Origin: Chrysomallon squamiferum
Taxonomy: Eukaryota > Animalia > Mollusca
Length of the DNA stretch: 64,000 nt
Reading direction: 5' to 3'
Assembly: GCA_012295275.1 (NCBI GenBank)
Contig: CM022671.1
Coordinates: 17,484,001-17,548,000, forward strand
How positions within the stretch are numbered: position 1 is the first letter of the stretch; each line of letters starts with the position of its first letter. The translations under genes were made by a program, and so were the position numbers. This document shows positions 1 to 39,440 of this stretch, piece after piece. The notes beneath the pieces are model-generated. The model did no database searches. It was not told where the DNA came from and saw only the letters and a list, made by a program, of their open reading frames with translations.

Positions 1-914
1 AAAAAAGTAAACAATTTTAAAATAAAATAAAAAAATTACAAAACTTAAAACAAAAAAAGAAAGATGGATGAACACTTTTCGAAGACATGAAGTTAGACAC
101 GTATTGCATGATTTACTTTCAACGTGAATTCTCTTCCGGTTACACGCGTTTCCGACAGAGTGAAAGTCAAGATTAGTTTGCTGTCATTTCTTACAATCTT
201 TTTTACAAGAACTGAGTGAAAAAAACACAAAAAAAATCATTTATGTCTGACTATTATTTATAGGGCATAATTACAGCATGAGCTGTATTAAGAAAAGCAC
301 ATAAAACTACGCATTAATTTTGATAACCTATATGATTTTTCATTCTTCCAGCGATTGTTTTGTTTTATGTCTGGAATACAACAGGAATACAATTTAATAC
401 TAAATATTAACTTCAAAAGAGATATCAGGAATGTATTTCAAACTGTAAATGATTTCATAAACGCAAATTCTAAGGTAAAAGTTATCTTCATTAACTACAT
501 AATTAATTATATAACTGACTCAGCATTTGATGTTTTACTACTGAATGCATTGTCAATGACAGTGATTTTATTCTCATAAACTGTAGGTATTAGAGATATA
601 TAATAATAATCATAAAACAAAAAATTAAAATCTACATGCGTGCAAATTTAAAACCAGTCTTTATTAACCAATTTATTGATCGATATCATTTTTTTATTCT
701 TTCCTTGTTTAATATTTTTCTACAGAAACTAGTTAAACTCCACGATTAAACAAACTATGATCCTGTTGTTATAATATTTCCATAACATTATACAGTGAAT
801 GCAGTGTGTTCTAGCAATAAAATTCCATTTATCTTTTTTGTTTTTGTATTATATATGTATATATGTATGTATGTATTTATGTACGTTTATATATTTATAT
901 GTATGCACTGTTGT

Positions 915-1090
915 ATGTGTGTGTGTGTGTTTATTTATGTATTATTATGTGTGTACGTATGTATGTATGTTTGTTTTTGTAATAATTTACTTCTAAAAGA
1001 ATAAGATGAAGATCAGATTTTTGAAATTACTACTTACAGTTTACTTTCGTTTGTCCAATAAAATTTCAAGTTTAAATAGTGTTTAGTTTC

Positions 1091-1135
<45 letters not shown>

Positions 1136-1290
1136 TTATGTATTATTATGTTTGTACGTATGTATGTATGTATGTTTGTTTTTGTAATAATTTACTTCTA
1201 AAAGAATAAGATGAAGATCAGATTTTTGAAATTACTATACTTACAGTTTACTTTCGTTTGTCCAATAAAATTTCAAGAAATTTAAATAGT
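915..1290. repeat. Tandem duplication of a ~170-bp segment anchored on (GT)n
   Basis: tatttatgtattattatg...gatgaagatcagatttttg...caataaaatttcaag occurs at ~932-1070 and ~1133-1277. Confidence 0.85.
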
Positions 1291-1544
1291 ATAATGTTTA
1301 GGAACATTTCACTGACTTAATAACACCACTGTCACGTTTATATATTTGAGTAATAAACATTAGTATATTTCCAAAGGTCTACAGTATTATTACGTCATAT
1401 TCATACACATTTAAAAATGGATCAGTAATAATGTTAAGTATATATACATACAAAGACGTAAATTTGTACTGCAGGTCACAAAGTAAAATAAACTGAACTC
1501 GTGTTTAAATGCTTTATTTTATATTCCAGACAGTTAACACCTAA

Positions 1545-2035
1545 AGTTTTGAGTAATCATCTTTCCTTACATAACATTTTGAGTAAACGTATTTCCTTCC
1601 ATAACATTTTGAGTAAACATATTTCCTTACACATTTTGAGTACATGTATTTTCTTACACATTTTGTGTAAACGTTTTCCCGTAAACAACATTTTGAAAAA
1701 ACGTATTTTCTTAAATAACATTTCTGAGAAAACGTATTTCCTTATAAAGCATTTTGTGTAAACGTATTTCCTCACATGACAGTTTGAGTAAACGTATTTC
1801 CATAGACATTTTCAGTAAACGTATTTTTTTTATATATTCCGCGTAAACGTATTTCCTTAAACCACATTTTGAGTAAGCATATCTCCCTAAATAACATTTT
1901 GAGTAAACGTATTTCCTTAAATAACATTTTGAGTAAACGTATTTCCTTAAATAACATTTTGAGAAAACGTATTACTTTACAAAACATTTTCAGTAAACGT
2001 ATTTCCTTAAATATATATTGAGTAAATGTATTTCT
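1545..2035. repeat. 30-bp minisatellite (~16 copies)
   Basis: Consensus tttgagtaaacgtatttccttaaataacat. Confidence 0.9.
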
Positions 2036-2465
2036 TGACATTAATATTCAGAATCATTGTTTGTCTTCCTCATCAGATAACAGTCTATATTTACTTCTAG
2101 ATTAGAACAGATTAAGGCGAAAAGAAATATTAAAGAAAAAGAAAAGAAAAAAAAAAAACAACAGAATTTGAAGAAGAATAAAGAAAAACAAATAAAAGAA
2201 AAAAGATAAACAAACTTTTTATTTTCCATTTCATTAAAATTTCCTGCTTCGACTTCAGTACAGAAAGGGAAAATGGTGGATCTGATAACTTATGTAATTT
2301 ATCATTGTCATACTTTATTACTGGCAAACGCTAGAAATAGAATTATAACGTATATTAACCAAAATATATTTAGATTTGTTCATACTATCTTAGATGGGTT
2401 TTAAGTATATTATCAGTTAATTCGATTACTATTTATACAAAAAAATACTATCTAATGAAAAATCA

Positions 2466-2501
<36 letters not shown>

Positions 2502-4301
2502 ACCAAAAAAAAAAATAAAAACACCATTGATTGATCAGAAATATGGTTCATATCTGTTTTACTTTATTACCACCTTCAATATTGAGTTTTCTTTAAAGGT
2601 GTACCCAATCAATGAATGATACACTAATATCGATGTTTGTATTAGTTTTAAGTTGTTTGATTTCCTTCACACCTGTGTATTAACTCTACACCTGAGGCTA
2701 ACTGATTCGCTTGAGGACAAATAATAAAAAATATTTTCGATGTTTTATCGATGACACACATCAAACAAAATGCCATGGAACTGATCAAAATAAAAGGACA
2801 TTTAATATTTGTCTTTCTAAATGCAGCGATGATGCACTGCGTTATGTTATCAACAAACAACAAAAGCAAACTCTGTGTGATCTCATACAGTACATATATC
2901 AGTCTGCGAATCCAGTCATTCTGTCATTTCATGTTAAACCTATGTCCACTAGTCATTGTAAATAAAGACTGAAAACTTCATCCATTTCACGAAATATCTG
3001 GAACTCGAGGCCAAGAATTACATCAAATGACTTAACAGATATGGAAAGAAAGACAACCGCCTTGCACATTGATTGAATGGTAAATAAAGTTATTTTAGTT
3101 ACTCACAAGACATCGACATTTATTTGTTTTACATAATAAGCGGTTGGGTAACAGGATGGAATATTTCACTTGGTTTTTAAAACTTTTGCAGCAGTTGGAC
3201 TGAAACTGTTTAGAATCGAACTGGTAGCGTGAAAATTTCCCATTCAGAATTCCTGTTTTCAGGCAGCCTGTGTATGTATCATTATCATGAACTAATATAA
3301 AGCTCAGTATATTTCTTGGATCACATGGTAACTGCATGTAAATTTACAAACAAATTTATATTATCAAAGGCTAACTACATTTAGAACTTACTACTAAGAA
3401 CAAAGAAAACTTTATTAATAAAACAAATTGTATGTTCATACATTATGACATCAAATAATCACATCGTATTTAGACGTTGTTGATAACTGTCTGGGGTTGA
3501 TGCAAGGAGAAATATTTATAGAATTTGAAGTTTTAAATTTTGAATTAAGTTTTACTGCTGACGAGTACCATTCTGGTGAACTTTGTTTATTTTTATTAAT
3601 ATATGCAGATGACGGAAATGAATTTTGGAACCTATAGGTACAATAAAGTGTTTAGAACTGAAGTGGATAGACGCTACAAAACGTTCCTAGGAAATTCATT
3701 AATTTCTTCTTCTTTTTTTTTCTTTTCTTTTTAAGTCTGAAAATGCAGTTTGTTAATGGGACAGAACAAAAAAATCAATTATCTATTACCCACCCTAATT
3801 CAGGCCTTTCCTAATAGTTTCTAATACGGAATAAACGTTTAAAAGAGATTAATGCATCTTAGACCAAAACTACACTGTAGCAGTAGTGTACACGCTACTG
3901 TTTCGATTTACCGAGAATACTTTGACTACCTAACTAGAGTGCACGTCCTGTGTAAAGCGATTAAATCAGTAAAATAAACTGATTTTTAGTTTTTGCTAAG
4001 ATCACTTAATATATGTGGTGTTCATGATAGTAAAATATACAAATATAATTATAGAAAAATAAACAGGTCAGTTTTAATTGCTAGAAACGTGACAAAAACA
4101 ACTAATAAACTGCTCTAGCTATACACTGATACATAAACTGGATGTAAACACGAACATAAAAGTTGGGGAACGCCTTGAGTGAAAAAATTAACGTGCTAAT
4201 CAGAGCGAACTGTTGTGAAGCACGTTTGCGACAGGCACATTCTGAACAATCATAAGTGCAGGAACCTTCTACGTTCAGTCAAATTAATGTACCGATTTTA
4301 G

Positions 4302-4419
<118 letters not shown>

Positions 4420-5474
4420 GTGTAAATATACCTATGTAATCACTAGTTGCTTTAAGATAATTATTTTTCGACATATATGACACAACAGATATACTACTTA
4501 TATGATGTCTAACACAATATGATGTCTGACATCACTGTAATGGACAACGAACCCAAAAAGATGAAATATATTTTTCTTTATTTACATTTTGATACACACT
4601 ACCCGTTACAAAATTTCTGAACACATTGTGAATCTTGTCAGTTGTCAAACTTGTTAAACATAAATTCTGTTTTGTTTTTACAGATATATTTTTTATTGTG
4701 TAATGATATTACGAGAGAAGAAACACACTGATGATATTCAAAGGTTTACTCATATCATGCAAATAAAACGAATATTATACATGTGAGAAGTCCAGGGAAA
4801 ACAAAAATCTACATCTTATGAAATGACAATGTTAAATTGTTGCTAGTGTGTCAGAACAAAGATTGAATAATAACCAAGGAGATCAGACAATAATCGCCCC
4901 GACACACCCAAAATAAACAAGAAGAAATATAACAGAAATCGCATTTTTCACCTAGACTCTTAACACAGCCACGTATACCTAGAGAAAAAAAGAGAAAAAT
5001 ATACCAAAGCCTTTAATAAATTAATTGTGAGATCATTGTTACAACCAAAAACATAAATAAAAAGTTTATCACATAGAGGATAACTGATCCTGCCACCTAT
5101 TAGTTCACAAGGAAAGTTTTTGTGCAGTTCATTGCTGTTTTAATCAAATACGATACCTAAAATTATTGAAAACCCCAAAATACAATATCGTGCATGACAG
5201 TACAGAACATGGTACAGAATAAATGTCTACAGGGTAAAGAAAGGGATCAATAAACAGTGGAATAGATTATACTAATAGTTGTATCTGTATAAGAAATTTA
5301 ATACTGATAATATTTATTTATTTATTTATTTTACATGCTTGGTTTCGACGAGAGATCAAAGATTCCTGAAAACAGACCAAGTCCTCCTTCCAAAAGGTAT
5401 TTACATAATTATTTATTATTTACAACAGACATACATACATTTATTTAAAATTATTATTATTATTTTTTTTTTTA

Positions 5475-30495
<25,021 letters not shown>

Positions 30496-31990
30496 TTAGC
30501 TAAGTTATCCGAAAAAATAGTTAACAATACAACGATTAACTCTATAATCTTCAGGTTCTGAAGCAGTTTTCAGTTGAAATCGGTTCCGATAAACTTAGAT
30601 GCAAAGAATCGGTCTCGTTAAACCCAGACTTGCCTGTGACTGCTGATGAAATCCCGTTGTCTGTTTTGCGTAAGAGAAATCGAATAACCAATGGTTCGTC
30701 AGCTGCCTTTCCCAGGCTCAGCTCTCGTAAATTGGTTTTAGACTGACCAAATTATTTATTTTCTATCTCACTGAAGGAGCAGTTCGTTTTCGTTTTCATT
30801 TTTGCTAATGCAGAAGTTTTCGATTTGGTTTTATTTTTTAAAATGAGAAATAGGCTTTTCTGCTAAAAACGTTAATCTTCCGACAATAAAAATAAATATT
30901 CTGTGTATTTCAATTACTTTTAGTTTGTTTCAAGGGATTTTGACTTTAATAATAAAAATATATATATACAACAAAATAGTTTTGTAAGTTTGTCATTCAT
31001 GTGGTTAGACTTAGATAAAATGTTATTATTTAATAGCATTCTACCGATAAAAAAAACAAAAACATTATCTAGATTTATGTGCCCACAGAATGTGAGAGAG
31101 CAAAATTGTCTAAAGTGTTAGTATGAACTGAATAAACCTATTTTCTGATTTTATATTAAACAAAGAGTTAACAAAAATAGGATAGAAAATAGCATAAATT
31201 AATGCAATATAAATTAATTATGTATTTATTAATTTTCACGATTAACATGGAAGTGCTAGCTGATCGCTTCACGTCTGTGAATAAAATATACTTAAGACAA
31301 GACTTGGACATTATTTTATAAATTTATATGTATGTGTATATGTATGCATGCATACAAACACACACAGATACACAAGGGTGGCTTTTTGAGACGTAGTTTA
31401 TTCATGTTATGAAAGGTTTGTGCTGTTATGATGTCTACATAATCCTGCCTTTTCAAAAATATGGACGGATCAGTTTTTAACAAATATATACCTGAAATAT
31501 ATAATCAACTCATTGAAATATTAAAATAATTAAAAAAAAACATTACACTACAAACTGAACAGACTTTTGTCTGTTTAATTCCTTAAAAGACAAAATGAAA
31601 GAAATTTATTTTTAATACTCGCTATATTATCAGTTTAATTTCACTCTATGAACCTGCACTCACATTTGCAAGATTTACGTTATTCTGGACAAGTATGGAT
31701 ATTATTCAAATCTTTGTGACTGTTCTGTAAGCGACTCCAGTACAAGAAATAATTCAAACCTGACCTGTATAAACTTTCTTTTCTCGATGAGTGAAATCTC
31801 AAGAGTTAACAGTGACATAAAGCGAACATTTATTTTGTTGCGTTTTCATCAAGAATTATTGTTGGAAATCCACAGAATATTAAGTGTCTGACTGGTTGTA
31901 AGATCAAAGAAAAAAAAATTCTCCAGATCTGATACCAACAGTTATTTTTTTTTTTTTTTTTTTTTTCAGCAGCAACTTTTGTTAATAATA

Positions 31991-32112
<122 letters not shown>

Positions 32113-33206
32113 CAGACATACACACATATTAGGTCTTCAGCAAGAAATATTATTTTAGAATATGGAAAAAAAAAAGAAAATTCTAATCCAATTTATTTTA
32201 GCCTTTGCAAGCGATAATTTATTGTCACATCAAATCTAACTTTTATCTAAATATTTTCAATCCTTGTCACGTCAGTGAAGTATTCTGAAAATAAATCAAA
32301 TAAATAATTATTAGTCATGCCAGAAATAAGTGTGTTATAATTATAATTATAGTATTAAATCGATAAAAAAAAAAACTATAATAAGAAACATATCAAGAAC
32401 AACAACGCCAAAAACAACAAAAATAGTAACAACAATAATAAATAAATAAATCCATGAGGAGCCTGAGAAGTGACTTTAATCAGCCTGGCTTCAAAATGTT
32501 AGTATTAATCAGAGATGCCGTGGTTACACTGAAAAAAAAAATATATATATTTGATGATCTGCCGTGGAACAAGCCCACTGAAGAAAATAACAGTGGTTGT
32601 TACAAAGAACTTTTGCTGCAATCCTAAAGTGCCTTCATAACAGTTCAAGCTTCAGGTCGCCCAAAAATATACACCAGCTGCTGGTTATTTGCATCACACA
32701 TTCTTCATTCTGACGTTAACACCACACAGTGCAAAAATATTGATATCTGTTAGAGAGAATTACACACAAAATTAAAAAAATCTATTTTATTATTCTAATT
32801 GCAATTAGGGTGATGCCCGGCATGTACACAGTATGTAATTATTGCGTGAATGCAGGGGCATTTTTTTTCTAGTAATTTGTTAAATGCCCGTGTGTTGAAA
32901 TTGGGTATTAGATTCTTACTGGCTTGTCTTTCTGGGGAAAATGGATAATTATGTGGCGACACGGTTAAGATTATGTCTGAGGATTTAGTCGATTAGAGTG
33001 TAGACGAATAAATGTTATTCATTTTTGTATTAATTGTATTATGATTAATCTCGTCGTTGATATTAGCATATTATATGCTTGTGTATATATCACACACACA
33101 CGCACGCACACACACACACACACTCACAAATACAAATATACATATGCATGCGCAACGATATATATATATATATATATATATGCATGCACAGATATAATCA
33201 GACATA

Positions 33207-33242
<36 letters not shown>

Positions 33243-33425
33243 TATATACGTGTGTGTATATATATATATATAAATCTGTATGTATGCATATATATATATA
33301 TATATACACGTATAGTATTGGGTGTGTATATATATATATGTGCACACACACACACACACACATATATACACGAATAGTATTGGGTGTGTATATATGTATA
33401 TATACATATACATACATACATACAT

Positions 33426-33522
<97 letters not shown>

Positions 33523-33999
33523 GATTTCAAACAGTCTAAAAGCATCAAATAATTACATGTTATTGCTTTCAAATTACTGATAACATTATGTGTAATCTGA
33601 GGTTCTCGCTGAAAGAAATGTGACATTCATGCTTGAATGACTCAGTTAGTTTATCTCATCACACCCCTAAGATTGAGAAAATATCGAGTTAGAAAACAGT
33701 TAAAGGAAATGATGAACGTATACGTTTTGTAATCTATCTCTCGTATATATATAACTGTGCCAACGTCCTAATGTGTTAGTTGTGAAAAGTTTATAGCGGT
33801 TTTTTAAAACTCATTAATTATTCCAGTTATAAATTTGAAATGAAGATGAAGTGTTCAGATTTAGAACTGTAAAAGGAATAGATAAAAATTAATCAGAATC
33901 GATTTTATTAAAAATAAAAAACAGTTCTATTCCTAAACTTTCAGTAATTTTTTTGGTAATAAAATCATTAATTATATATATATTTAAAAGGACCGGAGA

Positions 34000-34076
<77 letters not shown>

Positions 34077-34915
34077 CAACAACAACATAAACATCTACGT
34101 TATTCGACAAATCAAAGTAGTATAAACAAAATAACAATTAAATTGTAGTGTAGTATTTAAACATATGAATTAAACCGTATATTTCTGTGTTTTAAACATG
34201 ATGTACTTTCGCTGTTAGTGGTCACGAAACTTAACTAACGTAAAATGAATCTAAAGAGCTGACAAGATTTCTCATTGTTATTCCAGTGCTCTTTGCAGTG
34301 CACGCATGATGCAGACCTAGTTCTCTTGTTTTATTCATCAGCTTCACTCAAACCTCGTGTAAAAGCGTTAATAAAACACACAACACGTTCTGGCTGTTAT
34401 CGGTATAACACGGTATGTGTTCGTGTATGTATGTATGTATGTGTGTGTATGTATGTGCTTGTAATTATGTCTTGTATTCAAGATTACATTCCTAACGCTT
34501 ACATTGATACGACGAATACATTCTGCAAATTTCCAAGTTATATTTTATCTCTCTTATTTTTTTTCCACTTAAAATCTTGCTTAATGATGAAGTATAATAA
34601 TTAAAAAAGAGTACAAAAGAACTATTGTTATGTATCAGTTTATCTCCATCGAAAATTAGCTGTTGCCATGGACACGTTTCAAATATTATATTCGCCTCCA
34701 GGTAGAATCTTGTACTTAATGGAGAATAACCATTTAAATGTTTTATTTTTTTTAGCAAACAAAATTTAATAGCTATGATTCAGCAGGAAATCCATTGTAG
34801 ATTTATCATTTGAATAATTCAAAATAATAATAATAATAATAACAATAATAATCATAATAATAATAATAACAATAATACTAGTAATAACAATAATGATAAC
34901 AACAACAACAACAAC

Positions 34916-34947
<32 letters not shown>

Positions 34948-35587
34948 TGATGATGATGATGATGATGATGACGATGGAAATAATGGTAAATACCTAATTA
35001 AAATGATTCCAAAAAGAAAATATTAGCAAATCATTAATAAACATATAAACTGATTGCTACTTTTTGAATGAGGAAGACATTGCTAAGCTTCGACCTAAGA
35101 CAGAGTCTAATCACTTCGACCTAAGACAGAACACTGCATGTTAATCAGTAATCTGCATTAACCTTGCAGTGCTTGCCTCTGTAACTTGCCACTCTTTTGT
35201 CTTTCAGCTGTCGCCACGGACATCCTTCCAGTTCAGATATTATGTTTTTAGTCCGGCTTCAACCTAGAACTCAACCATTCAAATATTGTATTGTTTTTTG
35301 TTTTTTCTTTATAACTTCGCTATTTTTAAAGCAAAGTAATTTGTCTACTCTTTATTAAATCCTTCATCCGTCTGTGACATGCACGAATAATAATAATAAT
35401 ACTATAAATTAAAAGAGAGAGAAAATCAATTTGGCTTACTGTTATGCTGGGAAGTAAGTGTAGTTAATATTTTGAGTGGTCATTACTGATGATGAAATAA
35501 TGATAGTGCACTTCCTTGTTCTGAATACCACACAGGCAGTCCTTGAGATACAGGTTATTAGATTTATTATTATTATTATTATTGTTA

Positions 35588-35628
<41 letters not shown>

Positions 35629-35947
35629 GTTGTTGTTGTTGTTGTTGCTGTTTTTGTTATTATTATTATTTTCTTCTATTTATTTATTTTGTGGTTTTCA
35701 GCATGACAGATATTGATAGTTAATGGACTAAGTGAATATAAGTAAATATGCACGTTTGTCTATATTTATTTACAGATATATATGTATCTATGTATGTGTG
35801 TGTTTGTCTCTATGTGTGTATGTGTGTATGCACGTATGCATTTATGCTGTTAATTGGCTATTTTCGTCCTGCCTGCTAGTTATTAGTGAGTCAGGCCTAC
35901 GTGCTTCAAGACCAAGCCTTTATATATATTGGTTAATAGCATAATGA

Positions 35948-36061
<114 letters not shown>

Positions 36062-37589
36062 TATCTTTTTATTGTTACTCTCTTACTCCGTACCATATTA
36101 TCCCTGTCCTTGATAAAACTGGAGTCTTGTGTGGTTGTAAACGCTATATAAATTTAAAAAAGTAGATTGTAAAATCTCATATTAGTCGGCTTTTGACGAT
36201 AGACACAAAAGGAAATACATTAGTTCATTGGTACTTCTGAACCACCAGTGATTTTGCTAATTAATCTTTTTAATGTAATTCTCAAGGATTAGTTGTAAAC
36301 ACACTTCACAATACGCCTGTATTTAATACAGTATAATACGGTATTTTCAAGTGATTGGTAATTACACAGAAATAAACGAAGCTAAAACATGTATGTATAC
36401 GTATGGGTGCATGTCTGTATGTCTGTGTGCGTGTGTTAGTGTATGTCCGTATGTATATTTGTGTTCATGTGTGATTGGCTTTATGTGTGTCAGGGTCTTT
36501 TATATATGTGTGTTAGTTTCTGCTTGAGTCTATATGTATATATATGTGTGTACTGTGTATGTTTCGGTATAATTGTGTGTAAACATACTTATCTACTTCC
36601 TTATCCATGCGTTATGCTGCTTCGTCTTATTATTATTCTTCTTCTTTTGCTTGCGTCCGCATTTTTATGTTAACAGTTTTTCATAAATATTCAGAATCTG
36701 ATTATATCCTTGTTTATACAAACAGACTGCTGAGGCTTCGGCCTCAACTTTTTTTTTTTTTTTTTCCTCTCTGTGACATCACATCGCGAATCTGAAGGAA
36801 ATTAAGGATTTCACTGCATTCGTTTTTCACTGATTGACTTTCATGTCTCGAAGCCTTACAATAATATTACATAAAACAAGATCAAGGCTTTATTTTTATG
36901 GCAAATACAAAAATCTGGGTTTTTGGTGGCTTTTGTTTTCAATCTTCTTTTTTTTTTATCAATAACGAACAAAGATCTTTTTTTTTTTTTCTTTTTTTTT
37001 TTTGGTTCAAGTTCCTGAACATGCTGGCATCAGTGCAGTGAAAGTGTAGATCGAGCTGTCTAATGAAAATAAAACTATAACAACAACGCAACAACAACAT
37101 CAACAACAACAACAGCAACAACAACAACAACAATAATAATAATAACAATAACAACAACAGCGACAACAACAACAACAACTACAGCAACAATAATAATAAC
37201 TGTTATGTTCAGATGGTTTTCGTCGTGTTCAGATGGTTGTAACGGTTCATTTTCACACAGTTGGGAGAGTCACCTAGTATCCTTTATGCACTGCTAGAAT
37301 AATGATCTTTTCTTGTGTCGTCTTCACATGCACATATTTATTCACTTATCGTGAACAAGGATAATTTCAATCGGTCTTTTATGATTGCAGATTGTTCGTT
37401 CAAGAAGTGGAAACATCTGAAAATAATATTCTTATATAATTTAAATATTATGGAATCTTTTCATCTTTTCAGTTTAACCAATTTAGTGTTATGGAAGATA
37501 TTAAAAGAACCTGAATTTTATAAGAATTTTTTGTTTTTAATGTATTCTTCTGCACCACTCCTTTCACTCACTCACTCTCTCTCTCTCTA

Positions 37590-37621
<32 letters not shown>

Positions 37622-39339
37622 TCTCTCGCTCTCTCGTTCGCTCTCTAACTTTCTTTCTCTCGCTATCTCTCTTTTTCTCTCTTTCTCTCTCTCATACGCT
37701 CGTTATCTATTTGTCACTCTCTCACTCTCTTTGTCTCATTCTCTCTCTCACTCTCTCTCTCTCACTCTCACACACACACACACACACAACAACAACAACA
37801 ACAACAACAACATCTTTAAGTAGAAACTAAACTGCTAACTTCTGTCATGCACGTAGTGTAAAGGTTTTCTTCGGTTCTTTCTAGCATTTCGTTTTATTTT
37901 TCGTGTATCAACAATACCAGACGTAACTTCAGTTGATTTCTGACCTTTCCAAGCTGCGGGCGACATCAGAACCATTGCCAGCACTTTCTGACATCTTCAT
38001 GTCAAATTACAAATCTTAGACACGAAATTAGCTTCTGAAGTGTTGCTCTCCATAATACCGGGGTTACCGCTTGTTAATAAAAATCGAAAAAGTGTTTTTA
38101 TGTTGCCTGTTGCTATTTTTGTTTTGTGTTGCCAGAATGGTTGATGTCATTGTCATTGTTAATGTGAATGTTCTTGTTATTTAAGTGGTTTAAGAAAGTC
38201 AAAGTTTAAAAAAAAAAAAAAAAAAAAAAACCCCAGAAAACCCCATAAAGTGCAATATTTTATAATAATTTATATTTTGCTATTAGTATACATCAGATGA
38301 ATACTATTCTATTTTTTTTCATCTGTCCATCTCTCTCTATCTCTCTCTGTCTGTTTATCTATCAACCTATCTCCCTACCTATGCATATGTATGTGTGTAT
38401 GTGTGTATATGTATACATGTATATATATATATGTGTATGTGTATGTGTGTGTGTGTGTGTGTGTGCGTCTATACATGTGTATGTGTATGTATGTAAGCAT
38501 ATATATATAAATATAAATATATATACACTGAAGGAAAAAATATATTTTGTTTAGCCATAACGTAACTCCCGAGTGGTTTTTGCTTTTCGGTTTTCTATTT
38601 ATTTTTATTTTCTTCTGAGGATTGTACACGAATTTGCGTTTTAATTCTAACTGATCAAAATGCCAAGTGGCTTTTAAAAGTAATGTTTTTATGTGAGGTA
38701 ACATCTGGCTTATCTTTATTAAAACAGACTATTCGGAAAGACCTTCACTAGGGATATTTGTATCTTTAGACAACTTGTATGTTAAATCGATGTTTAATAA
38801 TTGAATTTTTAAAAAAAAGATATTAAAGAATCATAAAATACATTACGTTTTCCCTATAGTTATGATATAAAATGTGATAAAATATTAATTTAGTATATTG
38901 ATACGAATGTTTGCAACTGAAATATCTTTAGTTTTGTTTTGTTTTGTCTTATTTTGTTTTGTCTTATTTTATTTTATTATTATTTATTGTTTCCTTTATG
39001 TGATAACTCAGATATGGTTCTATAGTTATACAGATTCTATATTAACTCATATTAATTGAGGTTTCTATTTATTTGTATTTTGTTTCTGACGTCCTGTGAA
39101 TATAATAATTATAAAACGAAACTTAGAAAGTGTGAACGATATTTAAGACAGAATTTCAGTACTATCCTATATGGCTGACTGTACTGGTAAATATTTTTAG
39201 AAATATGACTAAATCATTCTGAAGATAGAGGTTTTAAAATATTAAATTTAAATATGTATAAACGTTTTGAAGCAATTCTTAAATATTTGTTTCTAGTCAT
39301 TATCACCATATTATGTGAGTTTGTCTGTGACTGTGTGTA

Positions 39340-39440
<101 letters not shown>

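Noticed and set aside
1501-2041. ORFs with KEIRLLKMLF 10-aa repeats; CRISPR-like periodicity
   Set aside because: This is a head-to-tail 30-bp minisatellite with no unique spacers, no cas genes and a eukaryotic context.
30740-30775. TCAGT initiator-like motifs upstream of the sGC ATG
   Set aside because: The motif is short and common, with no supporting TATA at the right spacing; the TSS cannot be placed from sequence.
35202-35226. REST/RE1-like motif ttcagc...ccacggaca
   Set aside because: The match is imperfect and gapped, and REST is not expected in this probable invertebrate.
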